A DNA stretch of 63,694 nucleotides, counting the filler, from Octopus bimaculoides (taxonomy: Eukaryota), in NCBI RefSeq assembly GCF_001194135.2. It is 5 parts of 5 records of this genome, joined end to end, with 100 filler letters (N's around TTAATTAATTAA, not from the genome) between each part and the next. Parts side by side here need not be neighbours in the genome. Positions count along the whole stretch, not along the records: positions 61,767 to 63,694 come from NW_026418595.1; 4 more parts are not named here. One strand, written 5' to 3'. The notes below the pieces were generated by a model. That model ran no database searches, had not been told where the DNA came from, and worked only from the letters and a program-made list of their open reading frames with translations. Position 1 is the stretch's first letter. Each line of letters begins with the position of its first letter. Positions 62,780 through 63,694 of the stretch are shown piece by piece. Both the position numbers and the translations under genes were made by a program.

Positions 62780-63042
62780 GGTGTAGGTGTGACAATGTGG
62801 TAAGAAGCTTGTTTCCCAACTACATGAGTGGATTTGGTAGATGGAAACTGAAAGAAGCCTGTCATGTGCTTGTATATATATGTGTTTACGTCTTCGTAAC
62901 TTAGCAGTTTGGCAAAAGCAACTGATAGAATGCATACCACGCTTAACACAAACATAAATACTGGGGCTAGTTCATTCGACTAAAAGTTATTCAAGGTGGT
63001 GCTCCAGCATGGCAACAGTCTAATGACTGTATCAAGTAAAAG
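62779..63042 (+). mobile_element. SINE family 1, internally deleted copy
   Basis: Head, GTGGATTTGGTAGATGGAAACTGAAAGAAGCC body and GGTGCTCCAGCATGG tail with deletions. Confidence 0.82.
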
Positions 63043-63064
63043 GTGAGAAAAGTGACAGAGGGTA

Positions 63065-63155
63065 TTGCTAGAGACAACAGTTAAAACCACTTAAAAACCT
63101 CAAAAGCTCAGTGCTTTTGTGGCTTTTGAGTTGTTTTAACTGTTGTCTCTAGCAA
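63065..63155. repeat. Perfect 23-bp inverted repeat enclosing a second 9-bp stem
   Basis: TTGCTAGAGACAACAGTTAAAAC (63065-63087) / GTTTTAACTGTTGTCTCTAGCAA (63133-63155); inner CTCAAAAGC/GCTTTTGAG. Confidence 0.93.
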
Positions 63156-63279
63156 CAGCTGATGCTGGTCACTAGCCTCACTCACTTCTATTGAATTTGG
63201 TTGTAGGTTCAAATTGCTAATAAAGCCACCCATTTCATTTGTTGTGATGATATACCTCTCAGTATACGTCCTCACAGTC

Positions 63280-63640
63280 CTTCTTGTGACACTGAAGTTG
63301 GCCTACTTGCTATTCTGGTGAGGGTCTTTTCTATTCAGGACTTCTTCAACACCACCAGTCACCAACCCCATTCCGTGACCATCCCCTCCATGAGAAGCAC
63401 CATCTTAAGGCCAGTCTTCACCACATGGTCTCCTAAGCCTTTCTTTGTCTCCGTCTTCAACTGTTTCCAATTGCTTTGGCCATCAGATGTCTCCCCTTCT
63501 ACAACTGCCCCCCTCTCCTCCGTGTTCTTCACGTCTCCATAGCAACACAATCCTCTCTCTCTTGGCTCACACCATCGGACCCCTTCTATGTCCAGCGTAT
63601 TTCCTTTCAGCTCGGGGTTTTCTGTGTATGCAGGTTCAAG
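63280..63640 (-). mobile_element. Degenerate RTE-like LINE 3' end
   Basis: ERGLCCYGDV..TKKGLGDHVVKTGLK..MVTE..W resembles the RLRWYGHV..GRP.K.W..VV..DL C-terminal motif. Confidence 0.5.
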
Positions 63641-63656
63641 GACAATGCATATATAC

Positions 63657-63694
<38 letters not shown>

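Overview
Eukaryotic, AT-rich, gap-ridden draft-assembly window made almost entirely of microsatellites and decayed transposable elements. The tRNA-derived SINE families and repeat landscape look like an octopus/coleoid cephalopod genome (inference from recall, not a database result). I could not support any host protein-coding exon; nearly all ORFs in the track are translated microsatellites or N-runs. Recognisable elements: a 5'-truncated Penelope-like retroelement (RT + GIY-YIG, minus, ~26.6-28.1 kb); several R4/Dong-like LINE pieces sitting in (AAT)n tracts; RTE LINE remnants; a Gypsy gag-protease remnant; Tc1/mariner, hAT and Helentron-like remnants and MITEs; and three tRNA-headed SINE families. 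The most interesting signal is a set of minimal type-I hammerhead-ribozyme (HHR) motifs in about six unrelated terminal-repeat families. One of them is a composite module (tRNA-like Pol III head + (AAT)n + HHR + tail). It begins 30 bp after the stop codon of the Penelope-like ORF and also occurs alone at 2.6-3.0 kb, starting at the tRNA head and preceded by an inverted copy of its tail. This suggests a Pol III-driven, ribozyme-containing SINE/retrozyme mobilised by a Penelope-like element.
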